Positions 9,601 to 18,756 are shown, counted from the stretch's first letter. The stretch is 64,000 bases of DNA from an archaeon GW2011_AR15 (GCA_000830295.1 CP010425.1:128001-192000); one strand, 5' to 3'. Notes: generated by a model from the sequence alone, not told the origin. Made by a program: numbers and translations.

Positions 9601-10984
9601 TAGGTACTTAAGGCAGATGATTATTGAAGGATGGGATCAGTCAAAGCTATATAATTCAAGCGTGGCTGTGGTTGGTTCCGGTCCTGTTGCCATCTCAACA
9701 CTCGTTGCACTGAGTATGCTTGGGGTCGGGGATATTGATATCTACAGCAACCGCATCTTAAAGCAGTATGACCCGTCTGAATTCCTATATTTCGGGGAAG
9801 AGCCGGGAGTCTATAAGGTTGATGCCCTGGAAAGGATAATGAAAAAAAGCAATCCTGACCTTGAGGGCAATATAACAAACCTGAAAATGGGAGTTACATG
9901 GAATTTCCTCAGCGACAGCGAGCTCATCCTTATGGACAAAAGTGCAGGAAAAACAAGGTATAACCTTGTTGTAGATGCGACAAATAATCCTTCCATTGAG
10001 TCACTTATGCTTCAGTATGGTATCTCAAGGATGGTTCCTATCATAAATGCCTCTGCAATGGCATACAAAGGCGAGGTGAAAGTAGTGACGCCTGACGGCA
10101 AGGAAATCTCCAGAGGAGCACTTTCAACTGAATACGCATACAAGCCGCAGGACCCGGTTATGGCAGGCCTTATAGGCGGGCTCGTGGGAGAAGAGGCAAG
10201 GAGACTGCTTATGCCGCTGAAAGGCGAAAGCATAGAAGATATTGATGTCAACCTGAATTTCCTTTCAAGAAAAATAGTAGGGCAGGAAGACGATTATGAG
10301 AATCTGAACCCAGACTACAGAAAAAGTGTGCTTGTTGTGGGTGCAGGCTCATTGGGAGTGAATGTAGTGAGAGAGCTTGTCCAAAGGGGCGTAAAGAAAA
10401 TATGGCTATATGATGCTGACAGGGTGGAAGAGTTAAACCTGAACAGGCAGTATGAATATACCCTTGCTGATTCTGTCGGACAGCCAAAGGCACTTATGCT
10501 TAAGGAAGTGGCTTCCCAGTACAATCCAGCAGTTCAGATTATAGCAAAAAACGAGTTCTTTACAGGAGAATTCAAATCCGCTCTTCCCGATGCCATATTC
10601 AGGTGCACTGATTCCTTTAAGACGTCTGCTATGCTCAATGCGACAGCCCACAAATATAATATTCCGCTGTTCTATGCAGCAACCTCCAAGGATGACGGCC
10701 AGGCATATGCTGTAATACCCGGAAAAACACCCGGGCTTGATGATATCTTCGATGTAAACAAAGCAGCAGAAGAGGAGATTGTGCCCGCCGGCTGCGTTGA
10801 AGAGCCTACTCCTTCAGTAGGGACCGTGAACATGATAATGTCAAGTGCCATGGTCGGACTGTTTGATATATGGTGCGCCGGCGCAGAAGTGCCAAGAGGC
10901 TACCTGAATTACAGCAACAAAGAATTTAACAGATTTTCGTTCGTTGAAACTAATTTTAAAACGGCACAAAATAAAGGGGTATAA
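9593..10984 (+). CDS. Tandem ThiF/MoeB-domain E1-like activating enzyme
   Basis: Domain 1 has DRYLRQ...VVGSGPVA and lacks the nucleotide loop. Domain 2 has VVGAGSLG...YDADRVEELNLNRQ...PKA...CTDS. Candidate catalytic Cys401 in AGCVE. Confidence 0.9.
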   Translation: MSDRYLRQMIIEGWDQSKLYNSSVAVVGSGPVAISTLVALSMLGVGDIDIYSNRILKQYDPSEFLYFGEEPGVYKVDALERIMKKSNPDLEGNITNLKMGVTWNFLSDSELILMDKSAGKTRYNLVVDATNNPSIESLMLQYGISRMVPIINASAMAYKGEVKVVTPDGKEISRGALSTEYAYKPQDPVMAGLIGGLVGEEARRLLMPLKGESIEDIDVNLNFLSRKIVGQEDDYENLNPDYRKSVLVVGAGSLGVNVVRELVQRGVKKIWLYDADRVEELNLNRQYEYTLADSVGQPKALMLKEVASQYNPAVQIIAKNEFFTGEFKSALPDAIFRCTDSFKTSAMLNATAHKYNIPLFYAATSKDDGQAYAVIPGKTPGLDDIFDVNKAAEEEIVPAGCVEEPTPSVGTVNMIMSSAMVGLFDIWCAGAEVPRGYLNYSNKEFNRFSFVETNFKTAQNKGV

Positions 10985-10989
10985 AGCAT

Positions 10990-11739
10990 ATGGCAGTAAA
11001 AACAAAAACCAGCGCAGCAGATGAAAAGCTTGATAGCCTCCTAGGCTCAATCATGCAGCCTGCTGAAAGGCGCGTGGAAAGACAGGCAGGGGATACAAGC
11101 CCCTATCAGGCAATCCTGCCCATGGACCTCTACACAACAAGGATACTTTCATCAATGCTTAAGACTCCGGCTGCACAGAAAAACCTGGAGAAAATAAGTG
11201 ATATTGAAGAATTCTATCAGCTGCTTCTGGCAGATCTTTTCGTTAGCAATGCTGGAACAGAGGAGTCAAAGAAGAGTATGGAAGAGATAATGATGGATGA
11301 TTCATCTTCCATATATTCAAAATCAAAAGATGTTGCAGGAATTTTCTATAAATCACTTCCTGAAGGTGAGGTTGCCGGCCAGGCAGAAAAGCTGAAGCAG
11401 GTAATTGGTGAGAATTATATCAATAATAACAGGGAAACTATTGAATCCATGCTAAGCAAGGCATATAATACAAAAATTGCAGTAAATAACGCAATTGCAA
11501 GAAGGAGCATCATACCCAGATGGATTTTCCGCATTGCCGCCGCTGCTATCATCGGCGCAGCAGTTTATTTCGGGCTTGCAGAGCATCACCGGCAGCTTGA
11601 GTATCAGGCCCAGTACGGCCAGTACGTAGAAGATACCTATGGTGCCACATTGCCTGACAATGTCTACGATGAAATAATCCCAGATTCAATATACACTACA
11701 ATACAGGATACAGTGCAGAAGCTGTTTTCAGGAGAATAG
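10990..11739 (+). CDS. Single-pass membrane protein
   Basis: Hydrophobic stretch WIFRIAAAAIIGAAVYFGLA after a basic patch; operonic with the E1 gene. Confidence 0.75.
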   Translation: MAVKTKTSAADEKLDSLLGSIMQPAERRVERQAGDTSPYQAILPMDLYTTRILSSMLKTPAAQKNLEKISDIEEFYQLLLADLFVSNAGTEESKKSMEEIMMDDSSSIYSKSKDVAGIFYKSLPEGEVAGQAEKLKQVIGENYINNNRETIESMLSKAYNTKIAVNNAIARRSIIPRWIFRIAAAAIIGAAVYFGLAEHHRQLEYQAQYGQYVEDTYGATLPDNVYDEIIPDSIYTTIQDTVQKLFSGE

Positions 11740-11740
11740 A

Positions 11741-13504
11741 ATGGCAGAAGAAAAAAGGACGCGGGGGGTTGTAAATCTTGCAAGAGTGGTCCAGAAATCA
11801 AGGGAGAGGTATGCTCCAAAGGATGCTTCTAAAGATCTTGCCAAAGATCCCAGATGGATGGTGTTTCTCAACAGGATAGGGCAAAGTAAAAACAGTGAAC
11901 TTGCCCAGCAGCTGAAATCAGCCGCAACTGCAGAAGAAGCTACTGATGTCCTGATAAAAGCCTATATGTCTTCTTCAAGCCTTTATCCTGTCCAGAATAT
12001 TGTGAATTCAGATGCAAAGCCGGGAGAGATGATTTCTGACCTTGCGGCAATAGTCTCAGGAAAGCTGAGCAAAAGTGACCTGAAGTCTCTTGAGCATTCT
12101 GTTGTTACAGATATTACTTCAAAACTGCAGAAGGAGCATCATGAGAGCATTGACCAGAAAATAAAGGCGGGAAGCTATTCAGACAATATAAGAAGAGAAA
12201 CCAGGCAGGGCATATTCAGAGGATTAAAAAGGACCATAAGCACTGCTGTAATATTTGCCCTTCTTGGCACAGCAGCATATGTCTATTTCAACGTGAGTTT
12301 TGAAGGGAGAAGGGAGGAGGCCATACGGCCTGTATATGAGCAGGTTATGTCAGAGGCCATCGCTGCTGAAAATGTCGTGGTCCCGATGTCCAGCCTGATA
12401 AATCTTGGAGTGGATTATTCTCCTTTAACCTTCCTGCCGTATCAGGAGCTGCCGTCCTCTGCAGCTGTTGCAGAAAGGTATCTGGCAGTAACCGAGATGC
12501 CGGAAACTGGCGAAACCCCGGAGATAACCCTGGAGCTTCTTAATGCAAAGGTAGATGCTTTTGCAGCAATCGTGTCTGAATATCCCGGAAGCCTTGAAGC
12601 CTATAAATCAGATTACCAGGTATATATACTAAAGTCATTCAACCAGAGCATCTACACCCAGGAGGAGGTAATAGGGAAAATAAACGACATTGTGCTCTCC
12701 TATCCCAATGCTGAATCGCTTTCTGCAAAAAGGCTCGTTGAGCTGACTGAAGACTATTATACTATCCAGCTAAGGAAAACAGGAAGTGAGGCATCTGCCA
12801 GGGCAGAAACAATAGACTGGATAAATGAAACTATAAATGAGAATTCAGGAAGCCACATCTCCTACAAACTGAGCTATATACTCGCCAATATAATGTCAGG
12901 AAACACTGAGTTCGTATCACCTGATGATACAGGCACAATTTCCCTGCTTGATGAGATTGCCTCAGAAGCGGATAATGAAGAAGTTATTGCCCTTTATCTT
13001 GCAGGCATGAGAGAGAGCCCAATGGCTGCGTCTCTCGTGCATTATTCAGCTGCACAGCTATACCTTGACGGGATTGACCTGAATAACCCGGAGTCCTATG
13101 CCCTTCTTGAGAGCCCAATAGATGTAGCAGGCTATCTGGAAGAGAGCATTGCTCTTGCAGAGGAATATGGATCTGCTGATGCGAGCTGGCTTCCGGAGGC
13201 ATATTACAGCCTTGCTCTTGTAGCAAGGAACATGGGGCAGTTTGATTATGCAACAGAAACACTGAATGCACTGATACAGAAATATTCAGACAGCTCTCCG
13301 GTTGTATCCGGCAATGCCCAAAGCGTGATAGACAATATGGATCAGGCCAGGGTTGAAAGAGAGCAGGCAAGACAACAGGAGATAGAAAACCAGTTCTACA
13401 CCTGGTATGAGCAGTCAAAGGACGATGCAGGCATAACTGATATAAAAGACGAGATAATAAGCGTGCTAAATACTGTCGGCGGCTGGTTTGGCTCTGGGGA
13501 GTGA
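11741..13504 (+). CDS. Single-pass membrane protein with large acidic helical (TPR-like) domain
   Basis: TM ISTAVIFALLGTAAYVYF; TPR-like segment EAYYSLALVARNMGQFDYATETLNALIQKYS. Confidence 0.75.
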   Translation: MAEEKRTRGVVNLARVVQKSRERYAPKDASKDLAKDPRWMVFLNRIGQSKNSELAQQLKSAATAEEATDVLIKAYMSSSSLYPVQNIVNSDAKPGEMISDLAAIVSGKLSKSDLKSLEHSVVTDITSKLQKEHHESIDQKIKAGSYSDNIRRETRQGIFRGLKRTISTAVIFALLGTAAYVYFNVSFEGRREEAIRPVYEQVMSEAIAAENVVVPMSSLINLGVDYSPLTFLPYQELPSSAAVAERYLAVTEMPETGETPEITLELLNAKVDAFAAIVSEYPGSLEAYKSDYQVYILKSFNQSIYTQEEVIGKINDIVLSYPNAESLSAKRLVELTEDYYTIQLRKTGSEASARAETIDWINETINENSGSHISYKLSYILANIMSGNTEFVSPDDTGTISLLDEIASEADNEEVIALYLAGMRESPMAASLVHYSAAQLYLDGIDLNNPESYALLESPIDVAGYLEESIALAEEYGSADASWLPEAYYSLALVARNMGQFDYATETLNALIQKYSDSSPVVSGNAQSVIDNMDQARVEREQARQQEIENQFYTWYEQSKDDAGITDIKDEIISVLNTVGGWFGSGE

Positions 13505-13908
13505 GTGGAATGAGCACAATAGAGGAATGCCTTCCTTCCACAAAATACATACTTGATTTCCAGAAAAACAGTCTTGACCCCGGAATTGAGATTAAGCTGG
13601 AAGTTCTTATCCCTGCAGAATACAGGAGAGATGAAAAACTCCACGGCCTGATGCTTGATCATAACTGCCCTATTGACAAGATAATAAGGTCGCAGGGATT
13701 CTTAAAACCTAACAGGATAATATACGAAGGCTCTTCTGATGAATTTGGAGACTACAGCCTTATTTTGAATGTCAGGGGGTCTGAGTTCTGGGAAACGCAA
13801 AAAACATACATAAGCCTGAAAATATCAAAAGGAGACGCTGAGACCGGCAAGCTGACAGGACTTATTGAAGTAGTCAAGGAATATGTGGATTCATACGGGA
13901 GAAAATAA
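13501..13908 (+). CDS. Hypothetical protein, last gene of the right operon
   Basis: GTGA overlap with the upstream stop. Confidence 0.6.
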   Translation: MSGMSTIEECLPSTKYILDFQKNSLDPGIEIKLEVLIPAEYRRDEKLHGLMLDHNCPIDKIIRSQGFLKPNRIIYEGSSDEFGDYSLILNVRGSEFWETQKTYISLKISKGDAETGKLTGLIEVVKEYVDSYGRK

Positions 13909-13910
13909 CT

Positions 13911-14014
13911 ATGGGCCCGACCAGATCAATCCTTTAAAAAGCATTGATGGAAACAAATCCGGTTCTGTTAACAAGTTAACAGAACGACAAAAGAAAAAAT
14001 GGGCCCGACCAGAT
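13911..14014. mobile_element. 88-bp-period insertion or scar bounded by a 16-bp duplication of the tRNA-Val 3' end
   Basis: ATGGGCCCGACCAGAT at 13911-13926 and 13999-14014. Between them lie the motif CAATCCTTT..AAAAGCATTGATGGAAA and a perfect 11-bp inverted repeat (13962-13985). Confidence 0.6.
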
Positions 14015-14071
14015 TCGAACTGGTGATCTTCCGCGAGTCAAGCGGATGTCATGCCTCTAGACCACGAGCCC
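14000..14071 (-). tRNA. tRNA-Val(GAC)
   Basis: Cloverleaf GGGCTCG...TCCGC-TTGACTC-GCGGA...ACCAG-TTCGAAT-CTGGT-CGGGCCC-A. Confidence 0.95.
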
Positions 14072-14308
14072 CCGTATGGCTGAGAATAAATGCCATGTTA
14101 AAAACGTTTCTTTTTTAGGCACTGGACACCAGGTTGCACTGGACATCGCCTTGTGAGGTATATAAATCATTAGGGCATACAATGTCCCAGGTGATGCAAA
14201 TGTACGACCACAGCACAATAGAAACCCTGTTTTTCATCCAGGCAAAAAACCTGAGCATGAAAAGCTTAAATAAAATATAAAAAGCCATTCTTATTCTCTT
14301 TTCTTCCC

Positions 14309-14881
14309 ATGCTTGTTTTAACCAAAAAGGAATTTATGGAAGACAGGGAAAAATGGATGAAAGAGATACTCAATGGGAGTGTTTTCATCTATCCGACTGA
14401 TACTATATACGGTATAGGCTGCAATGCAAAAAATGACAAGGCGGTCTTGAGAGTCAGGCAGCTGAAGCAACGGCCTGAAAACCCTTTTTCCATTATTGCG
14501 CCAAGAAAAGAATGGATTATTGAAAACTGTGAGGTTGATGGGATGGGCGAACTTTCCAGGCTGCCAGGACCATATACTTTTATTCTCAGCCTCAACAGTA
14601 AGGATATCATATCAGAGCATGTGAATCCCGGAAGCGATACTGTCGGCGTGAGGATTCCGGATAATTGGTTCTCAGATATTGTAAGGGAACTGAATGTGCC
14701 TATAGTGACCACCTCTGTAAACAAGTCTGGAAAGGCTTTCATGACCTCTCTTGAGGATGCAGACGAAGATATTAAAAACAGCGTTGATTTCATAATATAC
14801 GAAGGGCCTAAAAAAGGAAAGCCCTCCACAATAGTAAGTTTTGACAAAAAGGAAATGAAATTCAAGCTGAGGCAAAAATGA
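14309..14881 (+). CDS. tsaC: Threonylcarbamoyl-AMP synthase (Sua5/TsaC, short form)
   Basis: YPTDTIYGIG, LKQR, PGPYT, GVRIP, TTSVNKSG and PSTIV motifs. Confidence 0.92.
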   Translation: MLVLTKKEFMEDREKWMKEILNGSVFIYPTDTIYGIGCNAKNDKAVLRVRQLKQRPENPFSIIAPRKEWIIENCEVDGMGELSRLPGPYTFILSLNSKDIISEHVNPGSDTVGVRIPDNWFSDIVRELNVPIVTTSVNKSGKAFMTSLEDADEDIKNSVDFIIYEGPKKGKPSTIVSFDKKEMKFKLRQK

Positions 14882-15483
14882 AGATACTTGCGGCCGGCGA
14901 TATCCACGGCGACATGGGGCTGGCAAAGAAGCTGGCAAAGAAAGCAGAAGACGAGAAAGTAGACTTAGTCATATTGTGCGGCGACCTGACCTACAGGGAG
15001 CAGAGCACAGAGAATATTGTGGGTCCTTTTGTCAAGAAGAAAAAAAGAGTCCTGATTATCCCGGGGAACCATGAATCTGTCGCCACTGCTGATTTCCTCG
15101 CAGAGTTGTATGGCGTGAAAAACCTCCATGGATATTCTGTGAAATACGATAATATCGGCATATTCGGGGCAGGCGGCGCCAATATAGGCCCTTTCTCAAA
15201 GATGACAGACAAGGAAATATATGACCTGCTCAAGCAGGGCCATGACAGGCTGAAGGACATAGAGAAGAAAATAATGGTAACACATGTGCACCCTACAGAA
15301 AGCAAAATGGAGAAGCTATCTGAATTTGTGCCTGGAAGCAGCGGAGTGAAAAAGGCCATTGAAAAATTCAAGCCGGATATATTATTGTGCAGCCATGTCC
15401 ACGAGGCAGAAGGCATAGAGGAAGTCATCGGAAGCACAAAAGTCTTCAATGTCGGCAGGCATGGAAGGATAATTGATATATAG
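14878..15483 (+). CDS. Calcineurin-like metallophosphoesterase
   Basis: GDIHG, CGDL, GNHE, THVHP and SHVHE motifs. Confidence 0.92.
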   Translation: MKILAAGDIHGDMGLAKKLAKKAEDEKVDLVILCGDLTYREQSTENIVGPFVKKKKRVLIIPGNHESVATADFLAELYGVKNLHGYSVKYDNIGIFGAGGANIGPFSKMTDKEIYDLLKQGHDRLKDIEKKIMVTHVHPTESKMEKLSEFVPGSSGVKKAIEKFKPDILLCSHVHEAEGIEEVIGSTKVFNVGRHGRIIDI

Positions 15484-15504
15484 TCCTCTATTTTCTTGTA
15501 CGCT

Positions 15505-16671
15505 ATGGAAGAGACAGTTTACGAGCCGCGTGAAGACTCTTACCTACTGCAGAAATATGTTGAGGAATACTCAAAAGGCTCAGTGCTTGACATGGGCACC
15601 GGCTCAGGGATACAGGCAATAGCCGCTGCAAAAAACGCCAGAGGGGTCATTGCTGCTGACATAAATCCTGAAGCTGTAAATCAGACCAGGCTTACCGCAG
15701 AGATAGAGAAGCTGAAGAACATTAAAGCAGTTGAATCTGACCTGTTTGAAAAAGTTCCTAAAAAGAAATTTGACCTCATATGCTTTAACCCGCCTTATCT
15801 GCCCAAAGAAAAGAATATTGATGATATTGCGCTTTTCTCTGCCAGGAGAGGAACAGGGACAACTACAAAATTTCTTGACAGCGCTGCTGATTACCTGAAA
15901 AAAGACGGCATTATCCTGCTTGTCAACTCATCAATTGCAGACCAAAATAAAATAAACAAAGCCCTTGAAGAAAACCTTCTGGATTCTGTAGTTGTAGAAA
16001 AGGAGCACAGGTTTTTCGAGGATATTTTTGTGATGAGGATAACCAAATCGCCTCTGCTGAAAAAGCTTGATGAACTCGGTATCAGGCATGCGATGGTGTT
16101 TGCGCACGGCAAGAGAGGAGTCATAATAGCCGGGGATTACAAGAAGAAGAAAGTTGCGGTAAAAGTAAAAAAAACAGGAAGCACAGCACAGGGCACGATA
16201 GAGAATGAGGCGTCTTTCCTGAAAAAGCTGAACAGGAAAGGCATTGGGCCAAAATTAATCATGGCTGAAAAGGACTTCCTGGTGTATGAATTTGCAGAAG
16301 GGAGTTTCATTGAGGAATTCTTTGAAAAGGGCTCAAAAAGAGATATTATACTTGTGCTGAAGAAATTATTTGAGCAGCTTTACACTATGGATAAAATGGG
16401 CATAAACAAGTTTGAGATGCATCACCCTGTCAAGCATATAATCATAAAAAATAATTCTCCTGTTCTTATTGATTTTGAACGATGCAGATATACAGAAGAG
16501 CCAAAGAATGTAACCCAGTTCTGCGATTTCCTGATTGGAGACAGGGTCACTGGACATTTGAAGAAAAAAAATATAAATCTGGACAAGACAAGGATAATTG
16601 AATTAGCAAGGCAGTACAAAGAAAATCAGACTAAGGCTAATTTCATGAAAATACTGGAGGAATTAAAATGA
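15505..16671 (+). CDS. HemK2/PrmC-type methyltransferase fused to a protein-kinase-like domain
   Basis: VYEPREDS, LDMGTGSG and NPPY in the N-terminal half; HGKRG, VAVK, ENEA and VLIDFE in the C-terminal half. Confidence 0.8.
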   Translation: MEETVYEPREDSYLLQKYVEEYSKGSVLDMGTGSGIQAIAAAKNARGVIAADINPEAVNQTRLTAEIEKLKNIKAVESDLFEKVPKKKFDLICFNPPYLPKEKNIDDIALFSARRGTGTTTKFLDSAADYLKKDGIILLVNSSIADQNKINKALEENLLDSVVVEKEHRFFEDIFVMRITKSPLLKKLDELGIRHAMVFAHGKRGVIIAGDYKKKKVAVKVKKTGSTAQGTIENEASFLKKLNRKGIGPKLIMAEKDFLVYEFAEGSFIEEFFEKGSKRDIILVLKKLFEQLYTMDKMGINKFEMHHPVKHIIIKNNSPVLIDFERCRYTEEPKNVTQFCDFLIGDRVTGHLKKKNINLDKTRIIELARQYKENQTKANFMKILEELK

Positions 16672-16979
16672 GCCTGTCAGAAAGAGCATACAGATTGCTG
16701 AAAAAAGTTCCGAAGGGAAAAGTAACAACATATAAGGAAATGGCAAGAGCCCTTAACACAAAAGCATACAGGGCAATCGGCCAGATAATGAGGCACAATC
16801 CGGATGCCCCGCATACTCCATGCCACAGGTGCGTTGCCTCTGACGGAAGCATTGGTGGGTTTTCCGGGCAGACAAAAGGAAAAGAGATTTCCAGAAAAAT
16901 AAGCATGCTGAAAAAAGAGGGAGTTAAGTTTGAGGGGAACAGAATAAAGAATTTTGAAAAAGTCTTATACAGGTTCTAA
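16668..16979 (+). CDS. MGMT/Ogt family O6-alkylguanine DNA-binding/alkyltransferase domain
   Basis: VPKGKVTTY, RAIG and PCHR motifs. Confidence 0.9.
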   Translation: MSLSERAYRLLKKVPKGKVTTYKEMARALNTKAYRAIGQIMRHNPDAPHTPCHRCVASDGSIGGFSGQTKGKEISRKISMLKKEGVKFEGNRIKNFEKVLYRF

Positions 16980-17905
16980 TCCTTTGACTTTTTCTTCAGC
17001 TTCTTTATCTCGTTCTCAAGGTCCAGCTTGTCAAGAAGCTCCTTATACCTGTTCCTGATAGTAACTTCTGTTACGCCGGCAACATCAGCAACTTCCCTCT
17101 GGGTTCTTTTCTCGCCGTTAATCAGGGCAGCGACATAAAGCCCTGCTGCTGCGATTCCTGTAGGCCCTCTCCCTGAGGTGAGCTCCTGCTTCTGCGCCAT
17201 CTCGATTATCTCGACAGCCTTGCTCTGCGTCTTTGGAGACAGCTTCAGTGAACTGGAAAATCTTGGTATATAATCAATAGGGTTGCTCGGCAGTATTGAG
17301 ATTGCAAGCTCCCTTGTTATGAACCTGTAGGTCCTCCCGACTTCCTTTTTCTCGATGCCTGATGCCTCGCTAAGCTCGTCTAAAGTCCTGGGCACTTCAT
17401 GGCGCCTGCATGCTGCATACAATGCTCCTGCAACAACGCTCTCCATGCTCCTTCCCCTTACAAGCCCCCTCTGAACAGCCATTGTATATATCCTTGCTGC
17501 CTCTTCCTCAACTGATTTGGGAAGCTTTAGGTATGATGAAACCCTCTTCAGCTCTGCCAGGGCAAGCTTTAGGTTCCTCTCTATGGCTGTTGATATCCTG
17601 TACTGCCATTTCCTTAACCTGAAAAACTTGTTCTTTGACTTGTTTGTAAGAGAATAAAGGTCTGCCTTTCTTCCGACTTCTGTCCCAAGCCCCTGGTCAT
17701 ACTGCGTGTATGTTATGGGCGCCCCAGTCCTTCTTCTGCTCTCGCCTGAATCAGAATCGAACTCACGCCATTCCTGGCCGAAGTCCACCATCTTTTCCTC
17801 GACAACAAGACCGCAGTCCTTACAGATGACTTCGCCTTTCTCTTTGTTCCAGAATAAATTAACTCCCCCGCATTCAGGGCACTTTCTCACAATATCTCTA
17901 TCCAC
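16976..17905 (-). CDS. tfb: Transcription initiation factor IIB
   Basis: Zn ribbon CPEC...CKDC, EWR, two cyclin repeats, TEVTIRNRYKEL. Confidence 0.98.
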   Translation of the reverse strand: MDRDIVRKCPECGGVNLFWNKEKGEVICKDCGLVVEEKMVDFGQEWREFDSDSGESRRRTGAPITYTQYDQGLGTEVGRKADLYSLTNKSKNKFFRLRKWQYRISTAIERNLKLALAELKRVSSYLKLPKSVEEEAARIYTMAVQRGLVRGRSMESVVAGALYAACRRHEVPRTLDELSEASGIEKKEVGRTYRFITRELAISILPSNPIDYIPRFSSSLKLSPKTQSKAVEIIEMAQKQELTSGRGPTGIAAAGLYVAALINGEKRTQREVADVAGVTEVTIRNRYKELLDKLDLENEIKKLKKKSKD

Positions 17906-18171
17906 CCTTCACACCCCCACCTATTAGTAAAAACATTAAGTTTAAAAAATGAACAATGAGAAGATTTAAAAAGCTTTCGGTTGCCTGGACTTTCTGCCCA
18001 AAATTGAAATTAAAAAATAAAGTATATTAGAAAGGAGGAGTCGGGTATAATCCCTGGCCTCCTTTCCGTTGTTATAGTATAAGAATAGTTATAACTTATA
18101 TATAAATTTACTGGAATATTACAGGAATATTATTGGGATAATACCCTAATATTACTTAAATTATATTAAGA

Positions 18172-18756
18172 TTATAATACTATTTTATCAAACATATCAT
18201 CTAAACGAATAACTTTATCCGCCGATCTCATAGTTTCATCTCCTAGAGCAGAAATAAACGAAACAACCCATACTCTCACTCCTTTTTTCTTTATATAATT
18301 TATCGCATCTTCAAAATCGTTATCTCCACTTACTATGATTGCAATATCATATGCTTTCTCGAATGCTAAACCCATTATGTCAGTAGCTAAAGAAACATCA
18401 ACACCTTTCTGATATGGGATGTTCGTATCGACTTTCTTACAATGTTTACATTCATTTTTTTTATACCTTAAATCTTTGGTTACTATAGTAACACCTAATC
18501 CACGCAGCATATCAAAAAAACCCTGTTTTTTATCACCTATTGGATTTGGTATAGCATCGTAGAAATATCCCCTAATATAGTGTGTATCTTTCGTAATTTC
18601 TTTTAGAAGTTTTGCGTAATCAAGTTTCTTCATTAACTCCTCTTTTTTAGATGCTCCACTTGTCTTTGTATATCCCTTTTGCTTACAATATGTCCACCAA
18701 CCACCTAATATATTACTTGCGTCAATAAAAACCATGCTCTTGTTTTCGGTTGCCAT
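18172..18756 (-). CDS. NYN-domain (LabA/DUF88, PIN-like) nuclease
   Basis: VFIDASN, QKGVDV, SGDNDF and CxxC insert; sits in a visibly AT-rich islet. Confidence 0.9.
   Translation of the reverse strand: MATENKSMVFIDASNILGGWWTYCKQKGYTKTSGASKKEELMKKLDYAKLLKEITKDTHYIRGYFYDAIPNPIGDKKQGFFDMLRGLGVTIVTKDLRYKKNECKHCKKVDTNIPYQKGVDVSLATDIMGLAFEKAYDIAIIVSGDNDFEDAINYIKKKGVRVWVVSFISALGDETMRSADKVIRLDDMFDKIVL

Noticed and set aside
6479-10984. Reading the ThiF/JAB genes as thiamine, molybdopterin or cysteine sulfur-transfer biosynthesis
   Set aside because: No ThiS/MoaD-sized carrier, rhodanese or biosynthetic genes are nearby; an E2-like gene and membrane proteins are present instead.
1-14014. Whole Ubl locus as an island integrated at tRNA-Val
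   Set aside because: The duplicated tRNA end encloses only 88 bp and the locus lies outside it; no integrase is visible and composition looks like the host's.
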